NCBI RefSeq assembly: GCF_964355755.1
Contig: NC_092672.1
Span: forward strand, 16,691,237 to 16,755,236
Source of the DNA: Antedon mediterranea
Taxonomy: Eukaryota; Animalia; Echinodermata
Reading direction: 5' to 3'
DNA length: 64,000 nucleotides
The position numbers and the translations under genes were made by a program. The notes under the pieces are model-generated. The model was not told where the DNA came from and ran no database searches. It saw only the letters and a list, made by a program, of their open reading frames with translations. This document shows, one piece after another, positions 38,401 through 49,600 of this stretch. Numbering within the stretch: the first letter of the stretch is position 1; every line of letters begins with the position of its first letter.

Positions 38401-40319
38401 GACGTTTTAGACCTTTTTGTGATTTTCGAAAAAACTTGTTAACATAAAAACACCAAAGTGCTTAGAATAGCTTCAAATCGCATTTTGAGACGTTTTAGAC
38501 CCTTTTGTGATTTTCGAAAAAACTTGGTTACACAAAAACACCAAAGTGCTTAAAATAGCTTCAAATCGCATTTGGAGACATTTTAGACTATTTTGTGATT
38601 TTCGAAAAAACTTGTTAACATAAAAACATCAAAGTGCTTCAAATCACATTAGAAACCGTTTTAGACCATTTTGAGCATTTCGACAAAAATTTTTCACACA
38701 AAACAGCAAAGTGTACAGAATAGCTTCAAATCGTATTTGGAGACGTTTTAGACCATTTTTTGATTTTCGAAAAAACTTGTTAACATAAAAACACCAAAGT
38801 GCTTAGAATAGCTTCAAATCGCATTTTGAGACGTTTTAGACCATTTTGTGTTTTTCGAAAAAACTTGTTAACATAAAAACATCAAAGTGTACAGAATAGC
38901 TTCAAATCGCATTTGGAGACGTTTTAGACCATTTTGTGATTTTCGAAAAAACTTGTTAACATAAAAACATCAAAGTGCTTAGAATAGCTTCAAATCGCAT
39001 TTGGAGACGTTTTAGACCTTTTTGTGATTTTCGAAAAAACTTGTTAACATAAAAACACCAAAGTGCTTAGAATAGCTTCAAATCGCATTTGGAGATGTTT
39101 TAGACCATTTTTTGATTTTCGAAAAAACTTGTTAACATAAAAACACCAAAGTGCTTAGAATAGCTTCAAATCGCATTTTGAGACGTTTTAGACCCTTTTG
39201 TGATTTTCGAAAAAACTTGGTTACACAAAAACACCAAAGTGCTTAAAATAGCTTCAAATCGCATTTGGAGACATTTTAGACTATTTTGTGATTTTCGAAA
39301 AAACTTGTTAACATAAAAACATCAAAGTTCTTCAAATCACATTAGAAACCCTTTTAGAACATTTTGAGCATTTCGACAAAAATTTTTCACACAAAACAGC
39401 AAAGTGTACAGAATAGCTTCAAATCGTATTTGGAGACGTTTTAGACCATTTTTTGATTTTCGAAAAAACTTGTTAACATAAAAACACCAAAGTGCTTAGA
39501 ATAGCTTCAAATCGCATTTTGAGACATTTTAGACCCTTTTGTGATTTTTTTGAAAAAACTTGTTAACATAAAAACATCAAAGTGCTTCAAATCACATTAG
39601 AAACCGTTTTAGACCATTTTGAGAATTTCGATAAAACTTTTCAAACAAAAACATCAAAGAGCACAAAATAGCTTAATATCGTATTTAAAAACGTTTTTGA
39701 CCATTTTGAGCATTTCGACAAAAAATTTTCACACAAAACAGCAAAGTGCACAAAATAACTTCAAATCGCATTTGGAGACGTTTTAGACAATTTTGTGATT
39801 TTCGAAAAAACTTGTTAACATAAAAACACCAAAGTGCTAAGAATAGCTTCAAATCGCATTTGGAGACATTTTAGACCATTTTGTGATTTTCGAAAAAACT
39901 TGTTAAGATAAAAACATCAAAGTGTACACAATAGCTTCAAATCGCATTTGGAGACGTTTTAGACCATTTTGTGATTTTCGAAAAAACTTGTTAACATAAA
40001 AACACCAAAGTGCTTAGAATAGCTTCAAATCGCATTTTGAGACATTTTAGACCCTTTTGTGATTTTCGAAAAAACTTGGTTACACAAAAACACCAAAGTG
40101 CTTAAAATAGCTTCAAATCGCATTTGTAGAAGTTTTAAACCATTTTGTGATTTTCGAAAAAACTTGTTAACATAAAAACATCAAAGTGGACAGAATAACT
40201 TCAAATCCCATTTGGAGACGTTTTAGACCATTTTGTGATTTTTGAAAAAACTTGTTAACATAAAAACACCAAAGTGCTTAGAATAGCTTCAAATCGCATT
40301 TTGAGACATTTTACACCCT
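29450..40319 (+). repeat. Satellite array, forward orientation
   Basis: Same 88/77-bp monomer family, running up to the ACCCT target duplication at 40315-40319. Confidence 0.98.
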
Positions 40320-40328
40320 TGTTGAACC

Positions 40329-40576
40329 CACAAATGTGAAAACGCCCACAAATGTGAAAACAACCACAAATGTGAAAACGCATCACCCACAAATGTGAAA
40401 ACAACCACAAATGTGAAAACGCATCACCCACAAATGTGAAAACAACCACAAATGTGAAAACGCATCAACCACAAATGTGAAAACAGCACCCACAAATGTG
40501 AAAACGATCATCGCCCACAAATGTGATAACGCCCACAAATGTGAAAAAAGGAGAGACTTTTTCGCCCACAAATGTA
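40329..40576 (+). repeat. Subterminal tandem array, 12 x CACAAATGT(G) in mostly 18-25-bp units (left arm)
   Basis: 12 cores counted. 18-bp (..AAAACAAC) and 23-bp (..AAAACGCATCACC) units alternate. Confidence 0.93.
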
Positions 40577-40779
40577 AAAAAAATCAGATCAAATTTAATG
40601 CTAGATTCAGACAAAAATTATATCATGATTGTATTGAGTTGTTTGTTCACGATACGTCTGTTAGGGTCGTCGTTAACACGTTGGATTATTATCATTTGCT
40701 GCTCGTGCGCGCGATATTTGCACGTTAACTCATTTGTTTAATGAACGTAATAGTTCAAGACAATATTATTTGTTATTTG

Positions 40780-41578
40780 CTGCGCGCGTGCACCATACTT
40801 CAAGGTCAAGGCCATGTTATATCATTGTTGCTTCTAGTGTGTTGTTGTTGGCTTACTATTATGTACGTATAGTTATAAGTCGATGTTCGTTATTTTTTTG
40901 CGCGCTCACACGATACAACAAGGTCAAGGTTAAATTGCTACTTGTATGTAGTGTGTGGTTATTAACTCGTTGGCTTACTGTTATGTACGTATAGTTCCAA
41001 GTCGATGCTCGATTCGATGTTTTTGGGCGCGTACTACCACAAGGTCAAGGTCATATATACTATTGCTACTTGTATTGTGGTTGTTAACTCGTTGGCTTAT
41101 TGTTATGATAGTTCCAAGTCGATGGTCGATTCGATGTTTTTTGTGCGCGTGCACGATACTACAAGGTCATATATCATTGCTGCTTGAAGTGCAGTTGGGC
41201 TTACTATATTAGTATTATGTACGTATTATAGCTCCAAGTCGATGCTCGGTGTACACGATACTACAAGATCAACTATACTCGTCGTTCAGTTATTGACCTT
41301 GTAGTATCGTGCACGCGCGCAAAACATCGAACTTCGACTTGAAACTATACGTTAACAACCACACACCACAAGTAGCAATGGTATACAAGTCATGACCTTT
41401 GTAGTATCGTGCACGCGCACAAAAAACATCGAATCGAACATCGACTTGGAACTATACGAACATAACAATAAGCCAACGAATTAACAACCACAAGTAGCAA
41501 TAGTATATTATGAACTTGACCTTGTGGTATCGTGTACGCCAACAAAAACATCGAATCGAGCATCGACTTGAACTATAC
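40780..41578. repeat. Diverged ~120-bp tandem repeats flanking the foldback centre (~41281), switching orientation across it
   Basis: The unit GCGCGTGCACGATACTACAAGGTCAAGG...TAACTCGTTGGCTTA...TAGTTCCAAGTCGATG recurs at ~40783, 40900, 41027 and 41146; reverse copies start at ~41295. Confidence 0.8.
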
Positions 41579-41751
41579 CATTAGGCGCAGGAGCCCCGGA
41601 TAGCGTTACGTTTGAAAACCCCAAAAAGTGAGGTTTTCAACCATTAGCGGCATGACTGATGTGAGTGATTAATGTGTTTTATGGACGGTTTCAAGGACTA
41701 TCCTACCAGTGGGCTGTTCACTGGTCAAATGATTGACACTTTGTATCACCG

Positions 41752-41801
41752 TTTGTAACTGGAGCTGTGACGACCTTTGTAACTGGAGCTGTGACGACCT
41801 T
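41752..41801 (+). repeat. 24-bp perfect tandem duplication (TTGTAACTGGAGCTGTGACGACCT x2)
   Basis: Directly visible. Confidence 0.9.
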
Positions 41802-42444
41802 GCAAGAATACTAGGCCAGAATTTTTAATTGAAAAGTGCCTTGGTATTAACATGGAGATGGAAACACATTTTTCTATCTTTCTTTCTAAAATAAATGGTC
41901 ACTATAGTTTCAAACTAGGCTTCTAGTCCACCACATTAGTAATTACGAATCGAAACCTAAATTAAAATTGTTGGTATTCTTTGGCCGTTGTTTGATTAAT
42001 TACATCTTCATGCCATGTTTTTTTTTCTAATGATTTGGCGACGCTCCTATATTAATTAGGCCTACTAGCAGAGGGTTCGATGAGTTTTGAAAAGTTATGG
42101 AAAAGTGGTCTAACATATAGCAATTCAGTTTTTTAAGGCCCTTCTTCCATGTCCGAGCCTTTGGAAATATTAAAAAGTTATATTAATATAATATATTCTG
42201 TGTTTTCATGTTTTGAGAAATTGTATATCATTTCAGATGTTTCGCGCTGCGTTTTTATTTGTTTCGCGCTTCGTCTTGTTGGCAAAAGTAACCTCGACTT
42301 CCGCTCGAGCTTTCTCCGTACATACCGATGATTATTCATTTCATTTTTTGTACATTATTAAAAAATAGCATACAGAACCCTATACGGAACATACCCTGCT
42401 CTGAGAAAACACTTGTGGGCGATTCCCCGAATACGACATGATGG

Positions 42445-42515
42445 AATAGCTTTGGAGACTTTGACTTTGGAGTAAATCGAAACGTCGAGCAACTCAACAG
42501 TTCTTTTCAGAACTA
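42445..42515 (+). mobile_element. Possible Penelope-like pseudo-LTR remnant with degenerate minimal hammerhead motif
   Basis: ...TCGAAACGTCGAGCAACTCAACAGTTCTTTTCAGAACTA resembles, from memory, invertebrate Penelope pLTRs (GAAACGTC core followed by AACAGTTCTTTTCAGAACTA). The CTGANGA box is not intact (TTGGAGA). Confidence 0.35.
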
Positions 42516-42612
42516 ATATACGTGGTGTACCGCAAATTTATATCAACAAATATGTAACTTGTTTAGCACGTCTAAAATGGATAGCAAAACATATTCAAAA
42601 TAAAAAACCTGA

Positions 42613-44097
42613 ATTATTTCAAACAGACAGCACATTAGTTCAAACAGATAGCACAATAGATAGCACAATCAAATGGATATAACTGTACTGTACATTATTC
42701 TATAAGAATTATCGGGTAGCACATTCTTTCAAATGGATAGCACATTATTTCAAATGGATAGCACATTGGGTAGCACAATCAAATGGATATAATTGTACTG
42801 TACATTATTCTATAAGGATTATCGGGTAGCACATTCTTTCAAATGGATAGCACATTATTTCAAATGGATAGCACATTATTTCAAATGGATAGCACATTGG
42901 GTAGCACAATCAAATGGATATAGTACTGTACATTATTCTATAAGGATTATCGGGTAGCACATTCTTTCAAATGGATAGCACATTATTTCAAATGGATAGC
43001 ACATCAGGTAGCACAATCAAATGGATATAATTGTACTGTACATTATTCTATACGGATTATCGGGTAGCATTATTTCAAATGGATAGTCACATTATTTCAA
43101 ATGGAAGGCACATTAGGTAGCACAATCAAATGGATATAGTACTGTAAATTATTCTATAAGGATTATCGGGTAGCACATTCTTTCAAATGGATAGCACATT
43201 CTTTCAAATGGATAGCACATCAGGTAGCACAATTAAATGGATATAATTGTACTGTACATTATTCTATACGGATTATCGGGTAGCATTATTTCAAATGGAT
43301 AGTCACATTATTTCAAATGGAAGGCACATTAGGTAGCACAATCAAATGGATATAATTGTACTGTACATTATTCTATACGGATTATCGGGTAGCACATTCT
43401 TTCAAATGGATAGTCACATTATTTCAAATGGATAGCACATTCTTTCAAATGGATAGCACATTCTTTCAAATGGATAGCACATTCTTTCAAATGGATAGCA
43501 CATTATTTCAAATGGATAGCACATTAGGTAGCATAATCAAATGGATATAATTGTACTGTACATTATTCTATAAGGATTATCGGGTAGCACATTCTTTCAA
43601 ATGGATAGTCACATTATTTCAAATGGATAGCACATTATTTCAAATGGATAGCACATTGGGTAGCACAATCAAATGGATATAGTACTGTACATTATTCTAT
43701 AAGGATTATCGGGTAGCACATTCTTTCAAATGGATAGCACATTAGGTAGCATAATCAAATGGATATAATTGTACTGTACATTATTCTATACGGATTATCG
43801 GGTAGCACATTCTTTCAAATGGATAGCACATTAGGTAGCATAATCAAATGGATGTAATTGTACTGTACATTATTCTATAAGGATTATCGGGTAGCACATT
43901 CTTTCAAATGGATAGTCACATTATTTCAAATGGATATCACATTATTTCAAATGGGTAGCACAGTCAAATGGATATAGTACTGTACATTATTCTATACGGA
44001 TTATCGGGTAGCACATTCTTTCAAATGGATAGCACATTATTTCAAATGGATAGCACATTGGGTAGCACAATCAAATTGAGCACATTGGGTAACACAT
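42613..44097 (+). repeat. Hierarchical tandem array: 21-bp unit (TTTCAAATGGATAGCACATTA/C) within ~90-175-bp higher-order units
   Basis: About a dozen copies of CAATCAAATGGATATAATTGTACTGTACATTATTCTATAAGGATTATCGGGTAGCACATT, each followed by 1-5 copies of the 21-mer. The ORF-track repeat FFQMDST (7 aa) confirms the 21-bp period. Confidence 0.93.
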
Positions 44098-44121
44098 GGG
44101 AGCCTACTGTACAGTTATTCT

Positions 44122-44217
44122 ATTCATTCATTCATTCATTCATCTTTTATTTCGGAAAAAAAAAAATCTCCATAGTTCAGTAACAAATTAGTGTACATTA
44201 TTGTAGCAAATATATAA

Positions 44218-44248
<31 letters not shown>

Positions 44249-44271
44249 GATATATTAAAAAAAAAAAAAAA
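44122..44271. repeat. Microsatellite cluster: (ATTC)n, poly-A, (TA)n(TG)n, poly-A
   Basis: Visible at 44122-44143, 44156-44166, ~44210-44248 and 44258-44271. Confidence 0.9.
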
Positions 44272-44419
44272 CCTACGCCACATAGTCACGTGGTTAGAAC
44301 AATAGCTTCATCCATCTACTATGTAGATTGGATGAAGGAAAAGCAAATTAATGAATACATTTTATGACAATATTGTCTGACCTCCCTATCCTGCACAACA
44401 TGCCAAACACCACCTTACG

Positions 44420-44604
44420 TTGAATTGAATTGAATTGAATTGAAATATATATTTATACTGGGTAACCTCTTCAGACACAGACTGGTCTCCCATAGGGCCC
44501 AGTTGATGATCAGTGGCTGTGATGTACTAATACACCGGGGTAACCCCCTGCTCGTCTCGAAAGATTTACTAGGTTTTTTAAAGTGCACACGAGCTAGATG
44601 TGTA
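44420..44604 (-). mobile_element. 5'-truncated SINE/LINE 3' end with (ATTCA)n tail; possibly a Deu/Nin-domain SINE with an L2/Crack-like tail
   Basis: A (TGAAT)4 tail lies next to a stem-forming segment (minus strand CTGGGCCC...TACCCAG-TATAAAT). The adjacent CACCGGGGTAACCCCCTGCTCGTCTCGAAAGA..GGTTTTTTAAAGTGCAC resembles, from memory, invertebrate Nin/Deu SINE central domains. Not verified. Confidence 0.4.
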
Positions 44605-44965
44605 TTCTATTATCGGGTGTAGCACATTAAAATTGAGAGGACATAAGATGGACACCATCATTTATTATTAAGGGGCGAAACAGTCAATCCTTACTGAGGG
44701 GACACTCTTATAAAGGGGACATTAAGGGGACGGGGAACATTTAAGCTCAGTGCCAATGTTCACTCAATATTTTTTCCATCACAAAATAACAAAAAAGACG
44801 AAATATTTATATCCATTTATCGTTATTAAATAAAAATGGATATCATAATAATTATGAAACGTTGCCTGCTACATTTTAAATTTCCGAGTCCAGATCAGTA
44901 TATTGGTTTTTTTCTGCGAAACCTCTATGAAGAGGACATGTTTTTTTAGGAATTGTTCCAGGGGC

Positions 44966-45001
44966 AGTAGAACCCCTATTAAGGGGACACTTTCTACTGT
45001 A
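44966..45001. mobile_element. Tiny Tc1/pogo-like MITE remnant (CAGTAGAA...TTCTACTG-TA)
   Basis: 8-bp inverted ends enclose CCCCTATTAAGGGGACAC; related AGGGGACA motifs occur at 44696-44730. Confidence 0.3.
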
Positions 45002-46365
45002 TTTTTAACGGAGGATATCACAAATCAAGTACGTGTTTCCAAGTACAGTACAGTGTTTAAAAAGAATTATTTCATTTCAATCTTTTTAAAAACAGAAATA
45101 GGTCTGTTTTGAAAGGTTTTTGTTTTTTATTTGTTCTTTTCCCGTGTGTTACTTGGCAATACAGAGATATGAAGGACAATTTTGGCGGGATGTTTGCATT
45201 GTCGCCCCTGAAACTTGTGACCTGAACTGAAGAATATGGTATGTTGTTAGTGCTGAATTCTGTAAATTTTGTGTCATATCAACTGAGAATTTGTATCATT
45301 TCTGTAGGCCCAACAGTTAACATCATCATTTTTCAATCACATTGTCAGAAAATGAAATTCTTAATGAAATATTACGTGTAAAACCAAATATAAATATATG
45401 TGATGTGAATATAACAATGGAGAAACTTTCATGGAGAAATAACTTACTTATTTATAACTAACTTATTTTTCCGTGATATAACTAATGAAACAATGTTTAG
45501 AAAATGATATATCTGATAGATATCATCTAAGTGATGTTTTACATATAACGTTTAACAATTGTTTTTTTTCATTCTCCATACATTCAATTCTTTTAATATA
45601 GTTGTTGTATAACACCATATCAAGTAGTAGTAGAAATTATTGTAGGGTTTTCTTATTCAGTCAATTCAGTGTTTCTATACAGAAAAGAGTAGTCAGTGGC
45701 CTTAACATCAATTAATTGTATAATTTGCACCCAAGGTCGAATAGCAAGTAACTCAGGTCCAGTTACATTGGTGTTCATTGGTCAATAGGAAATGAACAGC
45801 ACACTTATGGGTGGTGACAAAGTTTAGTTATTGATAAGTTGTCCTTGGGAAAAACACATTAGTTGGGCTGACCATGGGTTGACAGAGTTAACGACTTCGT
45901 AACGCTATCCGGGGCTCCTGCGCCTAATGACGTACATAACAGTAAGCCAACGAGTTAACAACCACACACTACATACAAGTAGCAATTTAACCTTGACCTT
46001 TTAGTATCGTGTGCACGCGCAAAAAAACATCGAACATCGACTTATAACTATACGTCCATAATAGTAAGCCAACAACCACACACTAGAAGCAACAATGATA
46101 TAACATGGCCTTGAAGTATGGTGCACGCGCGCAGCAAATAACAAATATTGTCTTGAACTATTACGTTCATTAAACAAACGAGTTAACGTGCAAATATCGC
46201 GCGCATAAGCAGCAAATTATAATAATCCAACGCGTTAACCACGACCCTAACAGACGTATCGTGAACAAACAATTATTGAAACAACTCAATAAAATCATGA
46301 TATAATGTAGTACCTCGATCAAAATTGTTTGAGTCTAGCATTAAATTTGATCTGATTTTTTTTTT

Positions 46366-46614
46366 TACATTTGTGGCCGAAAAATTCTCATTTTTTTTTA
46401 CATTTGTGGGCGTTATCACATTTGTGGGCGATGATCGTTTTCACATTTGTGGGCGCTGTTTATTACATTTGTGGTTGATGCGTTTTCACATTTGTGGTTG
46501 TTTTCACATTGTGGGTGATGCGTTTTCACATTTGTGGTTGTTTTCACATTTGTGGGTGATGCTTTTTCACATTTGTGGTTGTTTTCACATTTGTGGGCGT
46601 TTTTACATTTGTGG
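46366..46614 (-). repeat. Subterminal tandem array, 12 x ACATTTGTG (right arm)
   Basis: Mirror image of 40329-40576 with the same copy number. Confidence 0.93.
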
Positions 46615-46622
46615 GTTCAACA

Positions 46623-49600
46623 ACCCTTTTGTGATTTTCGAAAAAACTTGTTAAAATAAAAACATCAAAGTGTACAGAATAGCTTCAAATCACATTTGGA
46701 GACGTTTTAGACCATTTTGTGATTTTGAAAAAAACTTAACATAAAAACACCAAAGAGCTTAGAATAGCTTCAAATCGCATTTTGAGACATTTTAGACCAT
46801 TTTGTGATTTTCGAAAAAACTTGTTAAAATAAAAACATCAAAATGTACAGAATAGCTTCAAATCGCATTTGGAGACGTTTTAGACCATTTTGTGATTTTG
46901 AAAAAAACTTGTTAACATAAAAACACCAAAGAGCTTAGAATAGCTTCAAATCGCATTTTGAGACATTTTAGACCATTTTGTGTTTTTCGAAAAAACTTGT
47001 TAACATAAAAACATCAAAGTGTACAGAATAGCTTCAAATCGCATTTGGAGACGTTTTAGACCATTTTGTTATTTTCGAAAAAACTTGTTAACATAAAAAC
47101 ATCAAAGTGCTTAGAATAGCTTCAAATCGCATTTGGAGACGTTTTAGACCATTTTGTGATTTTCGAAAAAACTTGGTTACACAAAAACACCAAAGTGCTT
47201 AAAATAGCTTCAAATCGCATTTGGAGACATTTTAGAATATTTTGTGATTTTCGAAAAAACTTGGTTACACAAAAACACCAAAGTGCTTAAAATCACATTA
47301 GAAACCGTTTTAGACCATTTTGAGCATTTCGATAAAACTTTTCACACAAAAACATCAAAGAGCACAAAATAGCTTAATATCGTATTTAAAAACGTTTTTG
47401 ACCATTTTGAGCATTTCGACAAAAAAATTTCACACAAAACAGCAAAGTGCACAGAATAACTTCAAATCGCATTTGGAGACGTTTTAGACCATTTTGTGAT
47501 TTTCGAAAAAACTTGTTAACATAAAAACACCAAAGTGCTTAGAATAGCTTCAAATCGCATTTTGAGACATTTTAGACCCTTTTGTGATTTTTGAAAAAAC
47601 TTGTTAACATAAAAACATCAAAGTGCTTCAAATCACATTAGAAACCGTTTTAGACCATTTTGAGAATTTCGATAAAACTTTTCACACAAAAACATCAAAG
47701 AGCACAAAATAGCTTAATATCGTATTTAAAAACGTTTTTGACCATTTTGAGCATTTAGACAAAAAATTTTCAAACAAAACAGCAAAGTGCACAGAATAAC
47801 TTCAAATCGCATTTGGAGACGTTTTAGACCATTCTGTGATTTTCGAAAAAACTTGTTAACATAAAAACATCAAAGTGCTTAAAATCACATTAGAAACCGT
47901 TTTAGACCATTTTGAGCATTTCGATAAAACTTTTCACACAAAAACATTAAAGAGCACAAAATAGCTTAATATCGTATTTAAAAACGTTTTTGACCATTTT
48001 GAGCATTTCGACAAAAATTTTTCACACAAAACAGCAAAGTGTACAGAATAGCTTCAAATCGTATTTGGAGACGTTTTAGACCTTTTTGTGATTTCCGAAA
48101 AAACTTGTTAACATAAAAACACCAAAGTGCTTAGAATAGCTTCAAATCGCATTTTGAGACATTTTAGACCCTTTTGTGATTTTCGAAAAAACTTGGTTAC
48201 ACAAAAACACCAAAGTGCTTAAAATAGCTTCAAATTGCATTTGGAGACGTTTTAGACCATTTTGTGATTTTCGAAAAAACTTGTTACCAAAAAAACACCA
48301 AAGAGCTTAGAATAGCTTCAAATCGCATTTTGAGACATTTTAGACCATTTTGTGATTTTCGAAAAAACTTGTTAACATAAAAATTCCAAAGTGCTAAGAA
48401 TAGCTTCAAATCGCATTTGGAGACATTTTAGACCACTTTGTGATTTTCGAAAAAACTTGTTAACATAAAAACATCAAAGTGCTTAAAATCACATTAGAAA
48501 CCGTTTTAGACCATTTTGAGCATTTCGATAAAACTTTTCACACAAAAACATCAAAGAGCACAAAATAGCTTAATATCGTATTTAAAAACGTTTTTGACCA
48601 TTTTGAGCATTTCGACAAAAAAATTTCACACAAAACAAAAAAGTGTACAGACTAGCTTCAAATCGTATTTGGAGACGTTTTAGACCTTTTTGTGATTTTC
48701 GAAAAAACTTGTTAAATATAAAAACACCAAAGTGCTAAGAATAGCTTCAAATCGCATTTTAGACCATTTTGTGTTTTTCGAAAAAACTTGTTAACATAAA
48801 AACACCAAAGTGCTTAAAATCACATTAGAAACCGTTTTAGACCATTTTGAGCATTTCGATAAAACTTTTCACACAAAAACATCAAAGAGCACAAAATAGC
48901 TTAATATCGTAAAAACATCAAAGTGCTTAAAATCACATTAGAAACCGTTTTAGACCATTTTGAGCATTTCGATAAAACTTTTCACACAAAAACATCAAAG
49001 AGCACAAAATAGCTTAATATCGTATTTAAAAACGTTTTTGACCATTTTGAGCATTTCGAAAAAAAAATTTTCACACAAAACAGCAAAGTGCACAGAATAA
49101 CTTCAAATCGCATTTGGAGACGTTTTAGACCTTTTTGTGATTTTCGAAAAAACTTGTTAACATAAAAACACCAAAGTGCTAAGAATAGCTTCAAATCGCA
49201 TTTGGAGACATTTTAGACTATTTTGTGTTTTTCGAAAAAACTTGTTAACATAAAAACATCAAAGTGTACAGAATAGCTTCAAATCGCATTTTGAGACATT
49301 TTAGACTATTTTGTGATTTTCGAAAAAACTTGTTAACATAAAAACATCAAAGTGCTTAAAATCACATTAGAAACCGTTTTAGACCATTTTAAGCATTTCG
49401 ATAAAACTTTTCACACAAAAACATCAAAGAGCACAAAATAGCTTAATATCGTATTTAAAAACGTTTTTGACCATTTTGAGCATTTCGACAAAAAATTTTT
49501 ACACAAAACAGCAAAGTGCACAGAATAACTTCAAATCGCATTTGGAGACGTTTTAGACCATTTTGTGATTTTCGAAAAAACTTGTTAACATAAAAACATC

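Larger units (their letters stand above)
41579..45929. mobile_element. Nested non-autonomous TIR element with perfect 32-bp TIRs and 2-bp TSD (AC); possibly EnSpm/CACTA-related
   Basis: CATTAGGCGCAGGAGCCCCGGATAGCGTTACG (41579-41610) has its exact reverse complement at 45898-45929. The flanks AACTATAC| and |ACGTACATAAC rejoin to AACTATACGTACATAAC, the reverse complement of the intact left arm at ~40980-40996. No transposase is visible. Confidence 0.88.
40320..46622. mobile_element. Non-autonomous foldback DNA transposon (TGTT...AACA ends, 5-bp TSD; Ginger-like), interrupted by a nested element
   Basis: ACCCT|TGTTGAACCCACAAATG ... CATTTGTGGGTTCAACA|ACCCT; removal restores the monomer variant TTTTACACCCTTTTGTG. 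40320-40990 is the imperfect reverse complement of 45930-46622, and 40991-41274 that of ~41288-41578. The structure is directly visible; the Ginger assignment (TGT..ACA, 4-5-bp TSD) is inferred. Confidence 0.85.

Noticed and set aside
40329-40576. CRISPR-like array (constant core with variable spacers); same idea considered for 42613-44097
   Set aside because: The spacers are short and themselves repeated, the first array is mirrored in the opposite TIR, there are no cas genes, and the context is eukaryotic with spliceosomal introns.
40255-40728. FSHLW/FHICG-repeat ORFs (also 46325-46654) as zinc-finger-like proteins
   Set aside because: They are translations of the CACAAATGTG tandem repeat in the transposon arms.
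43356-44183. FFQMDST-repeat ORFs
   Set aside because: In-frame read-through of the 21-bp tandem unit; neighbouring units contain stops and indels.
44306-44337. Hairpin CTTCATCCA-TCTAC-TAT-GTAGA-T-TGGATGAAG as a terminator or ncRNA
   Set aside because: Isolated short inverted repeat in eukaryotic TE cargo with no supporting context.
40320-46622. LTR retrotransposon or solo LTR (TG...CA, 5-bp TSD)
   Set aside because: The terminal repeats are long and inverted, not direct; no PBS, PPT, gag or pol is visible.
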